Shown: positions 11,961 to 25,364, counted from the stretch's first letter. The stretch: DNA of 64,000 bases from Eledone cirrhosa (GCA_964016885.1 OZ024752.1:30008001-30072000); one strand, 5' to 3'. Numbers and translations are program-made. The notes: a model not told the origin generated them from the sequence alone.

Positions 11961-12529
11961 GTCTATACCAACAAAATTTCATTTAATAAAGAAATTAATT
12001 GAGAAATATATAATATAAAATATATAATATTATTATTACTTCTTCCATGATTAGCACTTTCCTGTTTGCAAAGAAAATCAGGAAATTAGTATTTAAAAAC
12101 GTCAGACATTTTTGTTATGAATAATTTATTAGATATTGCTATCAAATAATTATGAGAAAAACGAATCATGGATAAGAAGAAAAGAAAAATGGCATCAAAA
12201 TCTTCAATGTTATTCCTCTTGCCATTAAGATGATCACAGATTATTTCAGAAATATACAACTGTTTCAGACATGCAATATCATTTATCATTTTTTCCTCTT
12301 CATGAATACATATCTACTGCCATATTGACTATTTGACTATTTTATTCCAGCACTAAGGAAATTTATTTTGTAATGATTGTTTAATAAAGAGTGATTTTCA
12401 TTCATGTTTTAGCAGTCACAGAAATTTAAAAGAGCGATTATTTATTTGGGGAAAATAATTTGGGTTTAGCAAGTAAATTATAAAATTATTAAACTAATAA
12501 GTTTAACAGAATATATTAACCAATAAATG

Positions 12530-12710
12530 CTAACTCTGTCAACTCTCCCCGTTCGACAGGGAGATCTCCCACCCACTTTGGGGGTGAGTGACAGATGTCT
12601 CTTTTCTTGTGAAAATGGGTATAGCTTTCATTATGTAAAATCTCCCCATTTTGCCTCATTTCTTTTTTTACGGTACTCCCCGTTTGTGTTTTTAGAGGTT
12701 GGCAGGTCTG
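12530..12710. mobile_element. Degenerate MITE
   Basis: Imperfect inverted ends ctctgtcaactctc / gaggttggcaggtctg. Confidence 0.4.
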
Positions 12711-13204
12711 GTTAACTTGATAAACTAGCTTTTCTTTTCCTGGTCAATAGCTAGACTGGTCAATAAATTATCTAAAGAGAAAAAATAGATGTCTGGTCAA
12801 TGGCTATTTGCTTGTCTGAGACTGGACAATGGTGATCTGCTAGTAAAAGAAATGCCAGGTTATTTACTGGTCTGAGATTTTATCTTTTGCAATTGTTATC
12901 ACTCCACAATTTCCTGCAATTACTTCAGGAAACAATAAATATTATCTATTGTAATTTGGAAGACACAGAGATCAGGAAAATGGAAATATTTCCGCAGTTT
13001 CCTATCAACAGATTCCAAAATAGGATGCTACAATGTTTAGAGTCCTGCCATATCCCACTGGCAAGATTGGGAGAGGATCATCATCATCCTCATCATCATC
13101 ACCATTTAATGGCCATTTTCCACACTAGCATGGGTTAGATGAGTTGTCTCGTTTGACTGAATTTGAATTTTTTTAGTGTCTTAGTATCTTTGAGAAAAAG
13201 AAAA

Positions 13205-14125
13205 AAAAACAGGGTATAGTGTTACATGGAGTGTAGTAGAGAATAAAACAAGGCTGTAGTGTTACATGGAGTGTAGTGACACAATAAAACAGGTCTGGAG
13301 AGTTACATGGAGTGTAATAGCAAATAAAACATGTCTGTAGTGTTACATGGAATGTAGTGTCACAATAAAACAGGGTATAGTGTTACATGGAGTGTAGTGT
13401 CACAATAAAACAGGGTGTAGTGTTACATGGAGTGTAGTGTCACAATAAAACAGGGTGTAGTGTTACATGGAGTGTAGTGTCACAATAAAACAGGGTGTAG
13501 TGTTACATGGAGTGTAGTGTCACAATAAAACAGGTCTGTAGTGTTACATGGAATGTAGTATCACAATAAAACAGGTCTGGATTGTTACATGGAGTGTAGT
13601 GTCACAATAAAACAGGGTGTAGTGTTACATGGAGTGTAGTGTCACAATAAAACAGGGTGTAGTGTTACATGGAGTATAGTGTCACAATAAAACAGGTCTG
13701 TAGTGTTACATGGAATGTAGTATCACAATAAAACAGGTGTGGATTGTTACATGGAGTGTAGTGTCACAATAAAACAGATCTGGAGTGTTACATGGAGTGT
13801 AGTGTCACAATAAAACAGGGTGTAGTGTTACATGGAGTGTGTTGTCACAATAAAACAGGTCTGTAGTGTTACATGGAGTGTAGTATCACAATAAAACAGG
13901 GTGTAGTGTTACATGGAGTGTAGTGTCACAATAAAACAGGGTGTAGTGTTTCATGGAGTGTAGTGTCACAATAAAACAGGTCTGTAGTGTTACATGGAGT
14001 GTAGTATCACAATAAAACAGGGTGTAGTGTTACATGGAGTGTAGTGTCACAATAAAACAGGGTGTAGTGTTTCATGGAGTGTAGTGTCACAATAAAACAG
14101 GGTGTAGTGTTTCATGGAGTGTAAT
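13205..14125. repeat. 40/41-bp minisatellite, ~23 copies
   Basis: Unit CACAATAAAACAGGGTGTAGTGTTACATGGAGTGTAGTGT; no spacers. Confidence 0.95.
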
Positions 14126-15102
14126 ACAGAATGCAATAACATAATCACTGTTTTTTTTTCTAATTTTATCTCTCAGTTAGATTAACCCTTTGACTACTAC
14201 CTCCCTTCTGTCCCTCATTCCACCCTCTGCACTGTTATCTGTGCGGCCTCCAACACCAAGCATCCATACAAAAATTACTGAAAAAAATGTAATTCATGAA
14301 TTAAACCTAAAAATAAAAAAAAAATTTAAAAAAATGTATGAATTTGACACAAATCATAGCAATGTTTTACCTCTCTCCCCCTCCCCCAAAACATAATTTT
14401 TAAGCAAAAAATGTAAAATGACTTCCGATTCATGCAAAGTCAATGTAGATAACATTAGTAAACAGATATATGTGACATAAGAAAATAGTGATATGGCAGG
14501 ATATAGTGAAATATCATCTGTACTACAGTAACAGGAAGGTGGGTTCAAAGTGTTAACTGTTTATAACAGGGATGTTAGTTAGTGTGCTTGGCAGTGTATA
14601 GTAGTGTATCGTATGTGTGTTGATGTGTGACTAAAGAGGGGGGGGGGGGGCAGCTAACTCTTTCAAAGTATTGAGATAAACCAACAAAAAGACAAACTGC
14701 TAATTAACTATTTATCTTAACAGTAGAACATTTAGTTGTAATTTTTTTTAAAATGCTAGATTTAGTGGTGTTAAATCTGGAAACAAAACATTTATCTCTA
14801 AACTTCAAAAACATGACATCTGCTACAGAATATCTAATTTTTAGATCAACTCTTAGACTTTGGATATGTTTTACATTTTATTGTCTTATTATCCAGAGAC
14901 AATAATTGCAGAAAAAGATGGAAGCAATTTAATTGAATAGGGTAATGCTGGAATTGTTTAGTAAATGCCAAACATATTAACGATAAAATAACACCATATA
15001 AGAATGAGAAATATGACTAACATCCCACAACAACAATGACGACAACAACAACAGTAATTATCTTTGTATGCAATAGAAATAAACTGCAAGTGGTTAAGAT
15101 AC

Positions 15103-15537
15103 TTAACCCTTTAACATTTAAACCAGCCATATCCAGCCAGAATTCTCTTACCTTTTTCTGTTCAAACCAGCTGTAATCAGCCACTCATACTAATGATAAG
15201 GTATTGTTCTCAAAATAAATAATGTCAAAATCTCGTAGCTTCAATATTATGTGAGATAAAGCCTTTATTGTGAAAATACAACAGTAAATATAGAGTACTG
15301 TAAATGCTAAAGGGTTAACCCTTCTATTACCATACTCTTAGTAAAAGAAACTGTCTATGACTTTGGAAATAATCAAGAATTTGAATGGAATTAGTAATAT
15401 AACAACTAACTTTCTCATCATCAAGCTGATGTTTGGAATATAACTTACATCATATTATGACAGAAGGTTTTAGACTAAACAGTTTCCTATCAGATAACTA
15501 AGGGTGATTTCAGGCAGTTTGGTATCAAAAGGGTTAA
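15103..15537. mobile_element. Two different piggyBac-type MITEs sharing one TTAA
   Basis: TTAA(15103)-CCCTTT...AAAGGG-TTAA(15315)-CCCTT...AAAGGG-TTAA(15534). Confidence 0.85.
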
Positions 15538-15819
15538 AAGAAAGATGCTACCAATTAGGGAATTCCACAGAGCTTCTGACTTTCACAGCATTAAAGAGAT
15601 GACAAAGATATCACTTCCTGTGTAAAATGCTGATCTAGCACAAGTAATTTCCTCATGGGAGGAATTAAATTCAACATTACAAGCAAACTACTCCTAAATT
15701 TAACAGAATTGTTACTGTACACAGATGTAAATAACATTAAATATAGTATGTACATAAATATAGGTGGTCTTAGTCATGGAGGGTTAAGTGATTCACCATA
15801 GAGCCCATGTAGTTGTGGT

Positions 15820-16092
15820 CCAGGGTATGGTCCTGTAACTCCCGAGGGAGTCGTAGTGGTGGCACTTTGACATACAACATTTCTTGGGCATTTTAAAACT
15901 TGGCAGTACCCATCCCTCTTCAAGTCTGAATACAGCAGATTTTGTTCAGAGAAGCATTGATAATGAGAAAGAGATATAGAGGAAGAATACACCCCAGTAC
16001 TTGACTGGTACCTTTTTATTGACCTTGGCAGGAGCCAAAATGAATACTGCAAAGCATTCTAATCAATATTCTAACCACTCTGCTAATTCGAC
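15820..16092 (-). mobile_element. Longer SINE variant related to family A
   Basis: Blocks CTGAATACAGCAGATTT, CCCCAGTAC..GACTGGTAC and ATACTGCAAAGCATTCT recur at 47968-48302 and 50745-50990. Confidence 0.7.
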
Positions 16093-17384
16093 CCATTTCT
16101 GTTAATTTCATTCTTCATTGAAACCAATCAGTCCTAAATGAGGTAGCAATAGGTAGAAAGTTGTGTGAAGCTTTAGAGGTTAGCAAATGTTGATGTTTGA
16201 TTAACTGTGCAACAACCAGGGTCTCTCATTCCACTCACACTACTACTACTACTACTACTACCAAAACAAACAAACGTTGACAATGAATGCAGAAGGAAGT
16301 TTCTATGTGGTCATTCACCTGTTAGAAATAGCAGCCAAATGTCTTCAGATTATCCCCCACCAAACGGACATTGAATAATGTAGTCTTAGATAAATAAGAA
16401 GGAGTGGTCACAACTGGAACATCTTTGATTATTGGTCTTCTTGATCATTGCTGACCTGGGGTTAAACAACAATAGTTGATCTGGGGCTCAACGGCCACAG
16501 CTGACCTGAGGTTAAACAGCAATGACTGACTTGGGGCTGAACAGCAGTGGTTAACTTGGGGTTACACAGCCACAGATAATCTGGACCGAAACAGCCACAA
16601 CTGACCTGGGGTTAAACAACCTCAACAGTGACAACTTAGTATATGTTAACTTATGTTAACTTAAGTATATGTTAACTTAAACAACATACAATAAACTTAA
16701 CATAGAGTTTAATTGACAAGATTCCAGACCTCATTCACTTACTGTGTGTGTGTGGCAGGTGGGGGTGGGGATGGAACTCATTAAATCGGACCAAGGAAAC
16801 AATGTTTCCATTGGTCTTTCCTTTCATGATACTATACCAAAAATGAGAGAGTATGAATCAATAACACTCATTATAATCTAAAACTAATATCTTTACAATT
16901 GTAAGCCAGTAGTATTATTGAAAATATTGGTTGATATTATAATCAATACAATTTTGATAATGATGATGATGATATTGTAATATGTTAATAAACAGCATTA
17001 TATTATAATCAATATAATAATATGTTAATAAACAACACTCCAACAGGACATGTTGATATCAACAACACTATATCATAATATGATAGTGTAGAAACTTTCA
17101 CAGAGAACTAAAGAATATTTTAACAAACTAAATTATATAAGAGACACCAAGTGATACATGTCAAAAAGAAAAAAAAACACAAAACAAAAAGTTAATTGAA
17201 AAATGCCAAGAGACACTTCTGAAAAATAATTCCTTCCAAGTCACTAGCAGTCTTTTGTCCCCATTTTCTTAGCCTCTGATGTTTCAGAATTAATTTAACA
17301 ATTTGTTTTTGTTTCGTTTTTTGTTCTTTGTCATTTTTAATGCTATCATCAAAGACATCACTGTCTTCTTTTATATTCTTTTTC

Positions 17385-17388
<4 letters not shown>

Positions 17389-17423
<35 letters not shown>

Positions 17424-17752
17424 CTTTCTTTATTAACCACAAGGGTTTACATAAAGTAGACATTAAGGACAGTACAGGACAATACAGGACGGTACCAATG
17501 GGCATTTCTGCGTGTAAAAAACAAAAAAACAGAGGATGTAACAAAAAAAATAACAATGAAAAATTCCCCAATAGAGGGGGAGACTTCCGAGGGACATTCG
17601 TGGAGAAAGCCCATTAAAAAGCCACAGTGACCCTGACCACCAGGGCAAGTGCCCTCTCCCAGTTTTCCACCTTTAATTTACAGACACATACTCAGAGTAG
17701 ACCCATTCACTCGGGCCATTCTTGCCTCTCTCACCCATCTTTCAACAAAATG
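17389..17752 (-). mobile_element. L1/Tx1-like LINE 3' end
   Basis: Minus-strand C-terminus FVERWVREARMARVNGSTLSMCL*, then a 3' UTR, AATAAA and a (TTA)n tail. Confidence 0.55.
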
Positions 17753-17775
17753 CTAAAATAATAATTATATATATA

Positions 17776-18117
17776 TCATTTTCATCATTTCATTTTACGT
17801 CCACTTTTCCCTGCTTGCAAGGGTGGGACGGGAACTGATTCTGGCTTGATTTCTACAGCTGGATGCCCTTCCTAACACCAACCTCATTTACAGTGAGTGC
17901 TGGGTGCTTTTTTGCCGTTGCACCTCCACGACCACTTTACAGTGGAATGATAGGGACCCCAGTCCCTATCATCTCATTTCTACAGCTGAGTAAACTGGAG
18001 CAATGTGAAATAAAGTGTCTTGCTCAAGGAAACAACACATCACCCGGTCTGAGAATTGAACTCACAACCTTTCGATTGCAAGGCCAATGCTCTAACCACT
18101 AAGCCATGTGCCTCCAC
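17776..18117 (-). mobile_element. tRNA-derived SINE, family B (RTE-type 3' tail)
   Basis: A-box TGGCTTAGTGG, B-box GAGTTCAATTC, body CCTTGAGCAAGACACTTTATTTC, tail AGGAAGGGCATCCAGCTGTAGAAA...GGACGTAAAATGA. Confidence 0.9.
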
Positions 18118-18556
18118 ATATATCTAAGTAAAGAAAAGACAATTTGAAATGCATTCACAGATACTGAATTATTTATTAGGACTTATATATTATGGATGGA
18201 TCCATAAATATTTGCAGCTGGATTTTACTGTCACTTTCCTGTTTAGAAATGTTTTATATTTAATGCACAGATAGTTCGATGGTTTAATACTTCTATCCAG
18301 TTTCTTTTGAGGAAGGATTATGATAGTACATTCTATTTTATGAAAGTTATTGTTATCTTGGAATGGGTCAAAAACCAAATGTCTTATTTTGTTGCATATT
18401 TAGAAATAGATATAATCAACACTAGAATTGAAAACCTGATATAAAATGATTGAGTGACCGATAAGAATAACATGAAGGCGGTTTATTGTGAAAGGTTTTG
18501 AATAATTTGTTTGTATTTTGCTTTGAAGTTATATTGATTATATTTTTTTGTGTTAG

Positions 18557-21500
18557 TGGTTTAGCAACCACACCAAAACATACATGGTAAGTTCCTGGTT
18601 AAAATATGAATGTCACAACTTTCATTATGCCCACCTCTGAAATTAACAGAGTTCTTTACACATTGATGTATATCACTGGTCAGTTTTATGGGTTTGTGGT
18701 TTAGCAACCACACCAAAACTTTCTTGGTAAGTTCCTGGTTAAAATATGAATGTCACAACTTTCATTATGCCCACCTCTGAAATTAACAGAGTTCTTTACA
18801 CATTGATGTATATCACTGGTCAGTTTTATGGGTTTGTGGTTTAGCAACCACACCAAAACTTTCTTGGTAAGTTCCTGGTTAAAGTATGAATGTCATAACT
18901 TTCATTATGTTCTCCTCTGAAATTAACAGAGTTCTTTACACATTGATGTATATCACTGGTCAGTTTTATGGGTTTGTGGTTTAGCAACCACACCAAAACT
19001 TTCTTGGTAAGTTCCTGGTTAAAGTATGAATGTCACAACTTTCATTATGCCCACCTCTGAAATTAACAGAGTTCTTTACACATTGATGTATATCACTGGT
19101 CAGTTTTATGGGTTTGTGGTTTAGCAACCACACCAAAACATACATGGTAAGTTCCTGGTTAAAATATGAATGTCACAACTTTCATTATGCCCACCTCTGA
19201 AATTAACAGAGTTCTTTACACATTGATGTATATCACTGGTCAGTTTTATGGGTTTGTGGTTTAGCAACCACACCAAAACTTTCTTGGTAAGTTCCTGGTT
19301 AAAATATGAATGTCACAACTTTCATTATGCCCACCTCTGAAATTAACAGAGTTCTTTACACATTGATGTATATCACTGGTCAGTTTTATGGGTTTGTGGT
19401 TTAGCAACCACACCAAAACTTTCTTGGTAAGTTCCTGGTTAAAGTATGAATGTCATAACTTTCATTATGTTCTCCTCTGAAATTAACAGAGTTCTTTACA
19501 CATTGATGTATATCACTGGTCAGTTTTATGGGTTTGTGGTTTAGCAACCACACCAAAACTTTCTTGGTAAGTTCCTGGTTAAAGTATGAATGTCACAACT
19601 TTCATTATGCCCACCTCTGAAATTAACAGAGTTCTTTACACATTGATGTATATCACTGGTCAGTTTTATGGGTTTGTGGTTTAGCAACCACACCAAAACA
19701 TACATGGTAAGTTCCTGGTTAAAATATGAATGTCACAACTTTCATTATGCCCACCTCTGAAATTAACAGAGTTCTTTACACATTGATGTATATCACTGGT
19801 CAGTTTTATGGGTTTGTGGTTTAGCAACCACACCAAAACTTTCTTGGTAAGTTCCTGGTTAAAGTATGAATGTCATAACTTTCATTATGTTCTCCTCTGA
19901 AATTAACAGAGTTCTTTACACATTGATGTATATCACTGGTCAGTTTTATGGGTTTGTGGTTTAGCAACCACACCAAAACTTTCTTGGTAAGTTCCTGGTT
20001 AAAGTATGAATGTCACAACTTTCATTATGCCCACCTCTGAAATTAACAGAGTTCTTTACACATTGATGTATATCACTGGTCAGTTTTATGGGTTTGTGGT
20101 TTAGCAACCACACCAAAACTTTCTTGGTAAGTTCCTGGTTAAAGTATGAATGTCATAACTTTCATTATGTTCTCCTCTGAAATTAACAGAGTTCTTTACA
20201 CATTGATGTATATCACTGGTCAGTTTTATGGGTTTGTGGTTTAGCAACCACACCAAAACTTTCTTGGTAAGTTCCTGGTTAAAGTATGAATGTCACAACT
20301 TTCATTATGCCCACCTCTGAAATTAACAGAGTTCTTTACACATTGATGTATATCACTGGTCAGTTTTATGGGTTTGTGGTTTAGCAACCACACCAAAACA
20401 TACATGGTAAGTTCCTGGTTAAAATATGAATGTCACAACTTTCATTATGCCCACCTCTGAAATTAACAGAGTTCTTTACACATTGATGTATATCACTGGT
20501 CAGTTTTATGGGTTTGTGGTTTAGCAACCACACCAAAACTTTCTTGGTAAGTTCCTGGTTAAAGTATGAATGTCATAACTTTCATTATGTTCTCCTCTGA
20601 AATTAACAGAGTTCTTTACACATTGATGTATATCACTGGTCAGTTTTATGGGTTTGTGGTTTAGCAACCACACCAAAACTTTCTTGGTAAGTTCCTGGTT
20701 AAAGTATGAATGTCACAACTTTCATTATGCCCACCTCTGAAATTAACAGAGTTCTTTACACATTGATGTATATCACTGGTCAGTTTTATGGGTTTGTGGT
20801 TTAGCAACCACACCAAAACTTTCTTGGTAAGTTCCTGGTTAAAGTATGAATGTCATAACTTTCATTATGTTCTCCTCTGAAATTAACAGAGTTCTTTACA
20901 CATTGATGTATATCACTGGTCAGTTTTATGGGTTTGTGGTTTAGCAACCACACCAAAACTTTCTTGGTAAGTTCCTGGTTAAAGTATGAATGTCACAACT
21001 TTCATTATGCCCACCTCTGAAATTAACAGAGTTCTTTACACATTGATGTATATCACTGGTCAGTTTTATGGGTTTGTGGTTTAGCAACCACACCAAAACA
21101 TACATGGTAAGTTCCTGGTTAAAATATGAATGTCACAACTTTCATTATGCCCACCTCTGAAATTAACAGAGTTCTTTACACATTGATGTATATCACTGGT
21201 CAGTTTTATGGGTTTGTGGTTTAGCAACCACACCAAAACTTTCTTGGTAAGTTCCTGGTTAAAGTATGAATGTCATAACTTTCATTATGTTCTCCTCTGA
21301 AATTAACAGAGTTCTTTACACATTGATGTATATCACTGGTCAGTTTTATGGGTTTGTGGTTTAGCAACCACACCAAAACATACATGGTAAGTTCCTGGTT
21401 AAAATATGAATGTCACAACTTTCATTATGCCCACCTCTGAAATTAACAGAGTTCTTTACACATTGATGTATATCACTGGTCAGTTTTATGGGTTTGTGGT

Positions 21501-21762
21501 TTAGCAACCACACCAAAACTTTCTTGGTAAGTTCCTGGTTAAAATATGAATGTCACAACTTTCATTATGCCCACCTCTGAAATTAACAGAGTTCTTTACA
21601 CATTGATGTATATCACTGGTCAGTTTTATGGGTTTGTGGTTTAGCAACCACACCAAAACTTTCTTGGTAAGTTCCTGGTTAAAGTATGAATGTCATAACT
21701 TTCATTATGTTCTCCTCTGAAATTAACAGAAATCTTTACACATTGATGTATATCCCTGGTCA
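18557..21762. repeat. 140-bp tandem array, ~23 near-identical copies with higher-order structure
   Basis: Exact 140-bp period; four variants in the order (ABCD)2(ACDCD)2 AC ABC. Confidence 0.97.
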
Positions 21763-22340
21763 AGAAACTTAAAGACATTCACCCTATTTATTCCACCAGA
21801 AAGAATAAATGTTTAACATTATTTCGTATTTTTGTGGTAAATGTATTGAATTTGCTGACTCATAAAATCAAGATAAAAACTTTAATCGATTTACAGAAGA
21901 TTGAACGAGTAGTTATGGTGTTAGCATTTTGGCTCAAGTTCCTATCACATCATTGCGGCTCTACCGATTTATTGCAGCAAGACATGGAAAACTTCTCACT
22001 TCACTTATCTAAAAGAAGAGGAGGGTAAGAAAGATAAAGAAATGGATCTGTGAAAGAGAATCAAAATATTTGTAAATTACTGAAGAGTATGACTAAAATT
22101 GAGGAAGGGGAGGAGGTTTATCCTTATTTGATTCACTTCAATAATCATCTTCAGGCTTAATTTGTTTGCTAACCGAATTAATTCCAATGATTTCTGTTTC
22201 ATGAGTTTATATTATATGCACACACAGGTGGTAGATTGGGGAGGCAAATGACCTAATGGTAAGGGAGTTGGACTTACAATCATAATGTCCTGGGTTTAAT
22301 TCCTAAATTAGGTTGTGTGTTGTGTTCTTGAATAAAACAC

Positions 22341-22701
22341 AAAACTGTATTTCTTTGGAGATACGAAATATTTATACATATTGTATAAAGCTATGCTTGA
22401 AGCGAAATCCTATTTCTTTTTTATTATAAGTTGAGCCAACTTATGCAGCTTCATATGCAAATGAGATTAATCACCTCATTTACACAGACGAGAAAAGTAT
22501 ATATTCTCAGCTGTCTTCTAGTCCAGCAGTCGCAAGCGGTGGGAGGGACCGTCCTGACGAAGGCTAGTTAAGCCTGAAATGCATAGATGGTTGTCCCCCT
22601 TGCTTCTGCTGGACATCACCAGAGGGCGTTAGCCCTCCCGGTGTTTGCATAGCTATGGCTTCCTAAAACCGTATTTCTTTGGAGATACAAAATATTTATA
22701 C
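22341..22701 (+). mobile_element. Retrozyme-like element: 324-bp monomer with 37-bp terminal redundancy
   Basis: AAAAC(T/C)GTATTTCTTTGGAGATAC(G/A)AAATATTTATAC at 22341 and 22665; internal hammerhead; self-complementary flanks CCAGCAG..GCAAG / CTTGC..CTGCTGG. Confidence 0.82.
22547..22592 (+). ncRNA. Minimal type-I hammerhead ribozyme
   Basis: GACCGTC-CTGACGA-AGGCT agtta AGCCT-GAAAT-GC-ATA-GATGGTT; palindromic ATGCAT stem III. Confidence 0.9.
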
Positions 22702-23206
22702 TTTATTCATGTAGCTTCTGTATACTCAGCTGAAAATGAGTAGCAGCAATAGATGAGGGTTTAACCCTGCGACGGACTGGCATCATACCCATGGGGAGGT
22801 GTCTTGTACTCTCAGTCACTTTACACCATAGAAACTGGGATAATCATCGGCCTGATGAGCTTCCAAGCTTGAGATCGACTTACAGGTGGTAGAGCATCAG
22901 ACAACATAGCTCGTGGTATTTAGCTATGACTTTCTATGTTCTGAGTTTAAATGTTGCTGGGGTCAACTTTATCTTTTATCTTTCTGAGGTCAATAAAACA
23001 AAGTATTGAGGTTGATATATTTGACTCCCTCCTTCCTCCAAATTGTGCCCATGCTAGAAACAATTATATACCCCCTCCCCCCACACACATATTTATATAT
23101 CATCATCATCATCATCATCACCGTTTTACGTCAATGTTTCCATGCTAGCATGGGTTAGACAGGTTGTCCTATTGTGGGAAATGCCAAGTCAGGTGACCAT
23201 GTTTTG

Positions 23207-23280
<74 letters not shown>

Positions 23281-23284
<4 letters not shown>

Positions 23285-23610
23285 TTAGTGGTTAGAGCAT
23301 TGGCCTTGCAATCGAAAGGTTGAGAGTTCAATTCTCAGACTGGGTGATGTGTTGTTTCCTTGATCAAGACACTTTATTTCACATTGCTCCAATTTACTCA
23401 GCTGTAGAAATGAGATGATAGGGACTGGGGTCCCTATCATTCCACTGCTAAGTGGTTGTGTAGGCGCCACGGCAAAAAAGCACCCAGCACTCACTGTAAA
23501 TGAGGTTGGTGTTAGGAAGGGCATCCAGCTGTAGAAATCAAGCCAGAATCAGTTCCCGTCCCACCCTTGCAAGCAGGGAAAAAGCAGACGTAAAATGAAA
23601 TGATGATGAT
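23281..23610 (+). mobile_element. SINE family B
   Basis: Near-identical to the reverse complement of 17776-18117. Confidence 0.9.
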
Positions 23611-23629
23611 ATATATATATATTTATTTT

Positions 23630-23956
23630 AAGGCCCACATTGGTCACTAATGACCATGGTTTTGCACCTAGAAAGTTTCCCTCCAAGGCACAAGCCTGGG
23701 CAAGGATTGTTTGTGGAAGACCAGCAGTCACCCATACATACCAGTCTCCCCTCTCCATGCCACCGATGTTGTCCAAGGGAAAGGCAATGGTATGAAACAG
23801 CTTTGCGACAGTGACATCGCAACTCATTTTTACAGTAAGCTGGAGCAATGTGAAATAAAATGTCTTGCTCAAGGACACAATACATCACCCAGTCCAAGAA
23901 TCGAACTCTCAACCTCTCAATTGCAAGCCCAATGCTCTAAGCACTAAGCCATGTGT
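23630..23956 (-). mobile_element. SINE with family-B head and a different 3' body
   Basis: Same tRNA head as family B; body CCAAGGGAAAGGCAATGG...TTTTGCACCTAGAAAGTTTCC is also present at 51590-51905. Confidence 0.8.
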
Positions 23957-24054
23957 TTTCACTCATTAAATACATATATATATAGTTGTATAAAAAAGTG
24001 CCAAGCACTCCCAGAGTGAAGGGCAGATGTTTGAACCACTGGTGTTTGAACTGC

Positions 24055-24480
24055 AGTGTTGCTTAGATGTGAGATGTGGTTCTTCACTACAAAAGATTTA
24101 TAGCTTCTAAAAAGAAATGAAGCAAGCATGCTCTGCTGGAAGTTTAACGTTTGTGTGTATGAATGACAGAGCACAGGTGAACTGAGAGAAAATTTGAGTA
24201 TAAGAGGAAATTAATGGAGCTAGCAAGAAAGATGATTGTGCTGGTATGAGTATGTGATGCATAAGGAAAATGAGAGCTGTATACAAAAAATACTAAGCAA
24301 TTAAAATAGTTGGACTCTGAGGAAGAGAGAGACCAAGAAAGACATGGGGCAGAATTGTGAGAAATGACTTTAAAATACTTAACCTCACAAAAGAGATGAC
24401 ACAAGACCAAGCAGACTGGTGATATGTTATAATACAAAAGAGCTATCTACCAGTACAAACTATGTGACACTAAAAGTAAA
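24055..24480 (+). mobile_element. Degenerate RTE LINE 3' fragment
   Basis: EMWFFTTKDL*LLKRNEASMLCWKFNV...LRENLSIRG...RPRKTWGRIVRNDFKILNLTKEMTQDQADW. Confidence 0.8.
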
Positions 24481-25155
24481 TGTGGTGAGAGACCAAAGTC
24501 TATAGGGTTTAGTAATTAAATAGAGACATTATAGGGTCTGAGAGGACTCATTAGTCTCTAGTGATGGAGCTACACTAAAATGCACCCAGTACACTCTGTA
24601 AAGTGGTTGGCAATCAAACAGAGACAATATAGAGTAGAGAGCACTCTTCAGTGTTGCTGAGTACAGGATAACCTCTCTAGTACTAAATGCTGTGATAAAG
24701 TACACCTGTTACACTCTGTAAAATAGTTGGCATTAGGAAGGGCATACAACCAAAGAAATCATGCCAAATATGGAACATATGAGCAAGATATGGTTCTCCA
24801 GCCAGTTTAGTTCAACATTGAAGGACCTTTATATGATGCTTGTAAAAGTTGCAAAGTGAATGGCGTAAAATTGTTCTGTGATATTTGTTATCATCATATA
24901 TATCTTTTCATGTCCATGGCCAGTCTCATTTATCAGGAAAGAAGTCAGAGAGTTTGACAAAATGTTGACAACAGACATATGTATTATTCATGACAATAGA
25001 TTGTGTAATATGCAGTACATGTGGGAAAGTTTGAAAATCTATTGTTGTATTAAAAAAGACATAATTCTATACATACATCGAGATATATTTCAGCATACTG
25101 ATGCAGACATGTACAGCCTTTTTGTGAGGTTTGTCAAAAGCCATGAAGGACTCTT

Positions 25156-25216
<61 letters not shown>

Positions 25217-25364
25217 AGAGGTCAGAAGAGAGCATTTGTGTCATGAGCCATTTTCCATCAATCTTTCCATTACCACACTGTAGACTTGGTAAGAAGACAA
25301 CTACATGACTATAATACTAATAACTACTAGTATTTCTACAACAAAGGAATTAATTGTGATAATT

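Larger units (their letters stand above)
22239..22882 (+). mobile_element. Old tRNA-derived SINE split by a ribozyme element
   Basis: The head (22239-22340, ending ...AAAACAC) continues at 22702 (TTTATTC...). An uninterrupted relative lies at 27758-28042 (-). Confidence 0.8.

Noticed and set aside
13205-14125. CRISPR-like periodicity (also 18557-21762 and 29734-30041)
   Set aside because: Units are directly tandem without unique spacers, there are no cas genes, and the context is eukaryotic.
18557-21762. 140-bp array as a tandem retrozyme
   Set aside because: No CTGANGA...GAAA core on either strand; the closest match is CTGACCA without the rest of the fold.
22830-22882. CTGATGAG in the SINE 3' end as a hammerhead (also 27778)
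   Set aside because: No correctly placed GAAA-stem III-NUH with a closing stem I; it is part of the SINE tail.
23281-23350. tRNA gene
   Set aside because: The A/B boxes belong to SINE heads, which continue into repeat bodies and lack a full cloverleaf.
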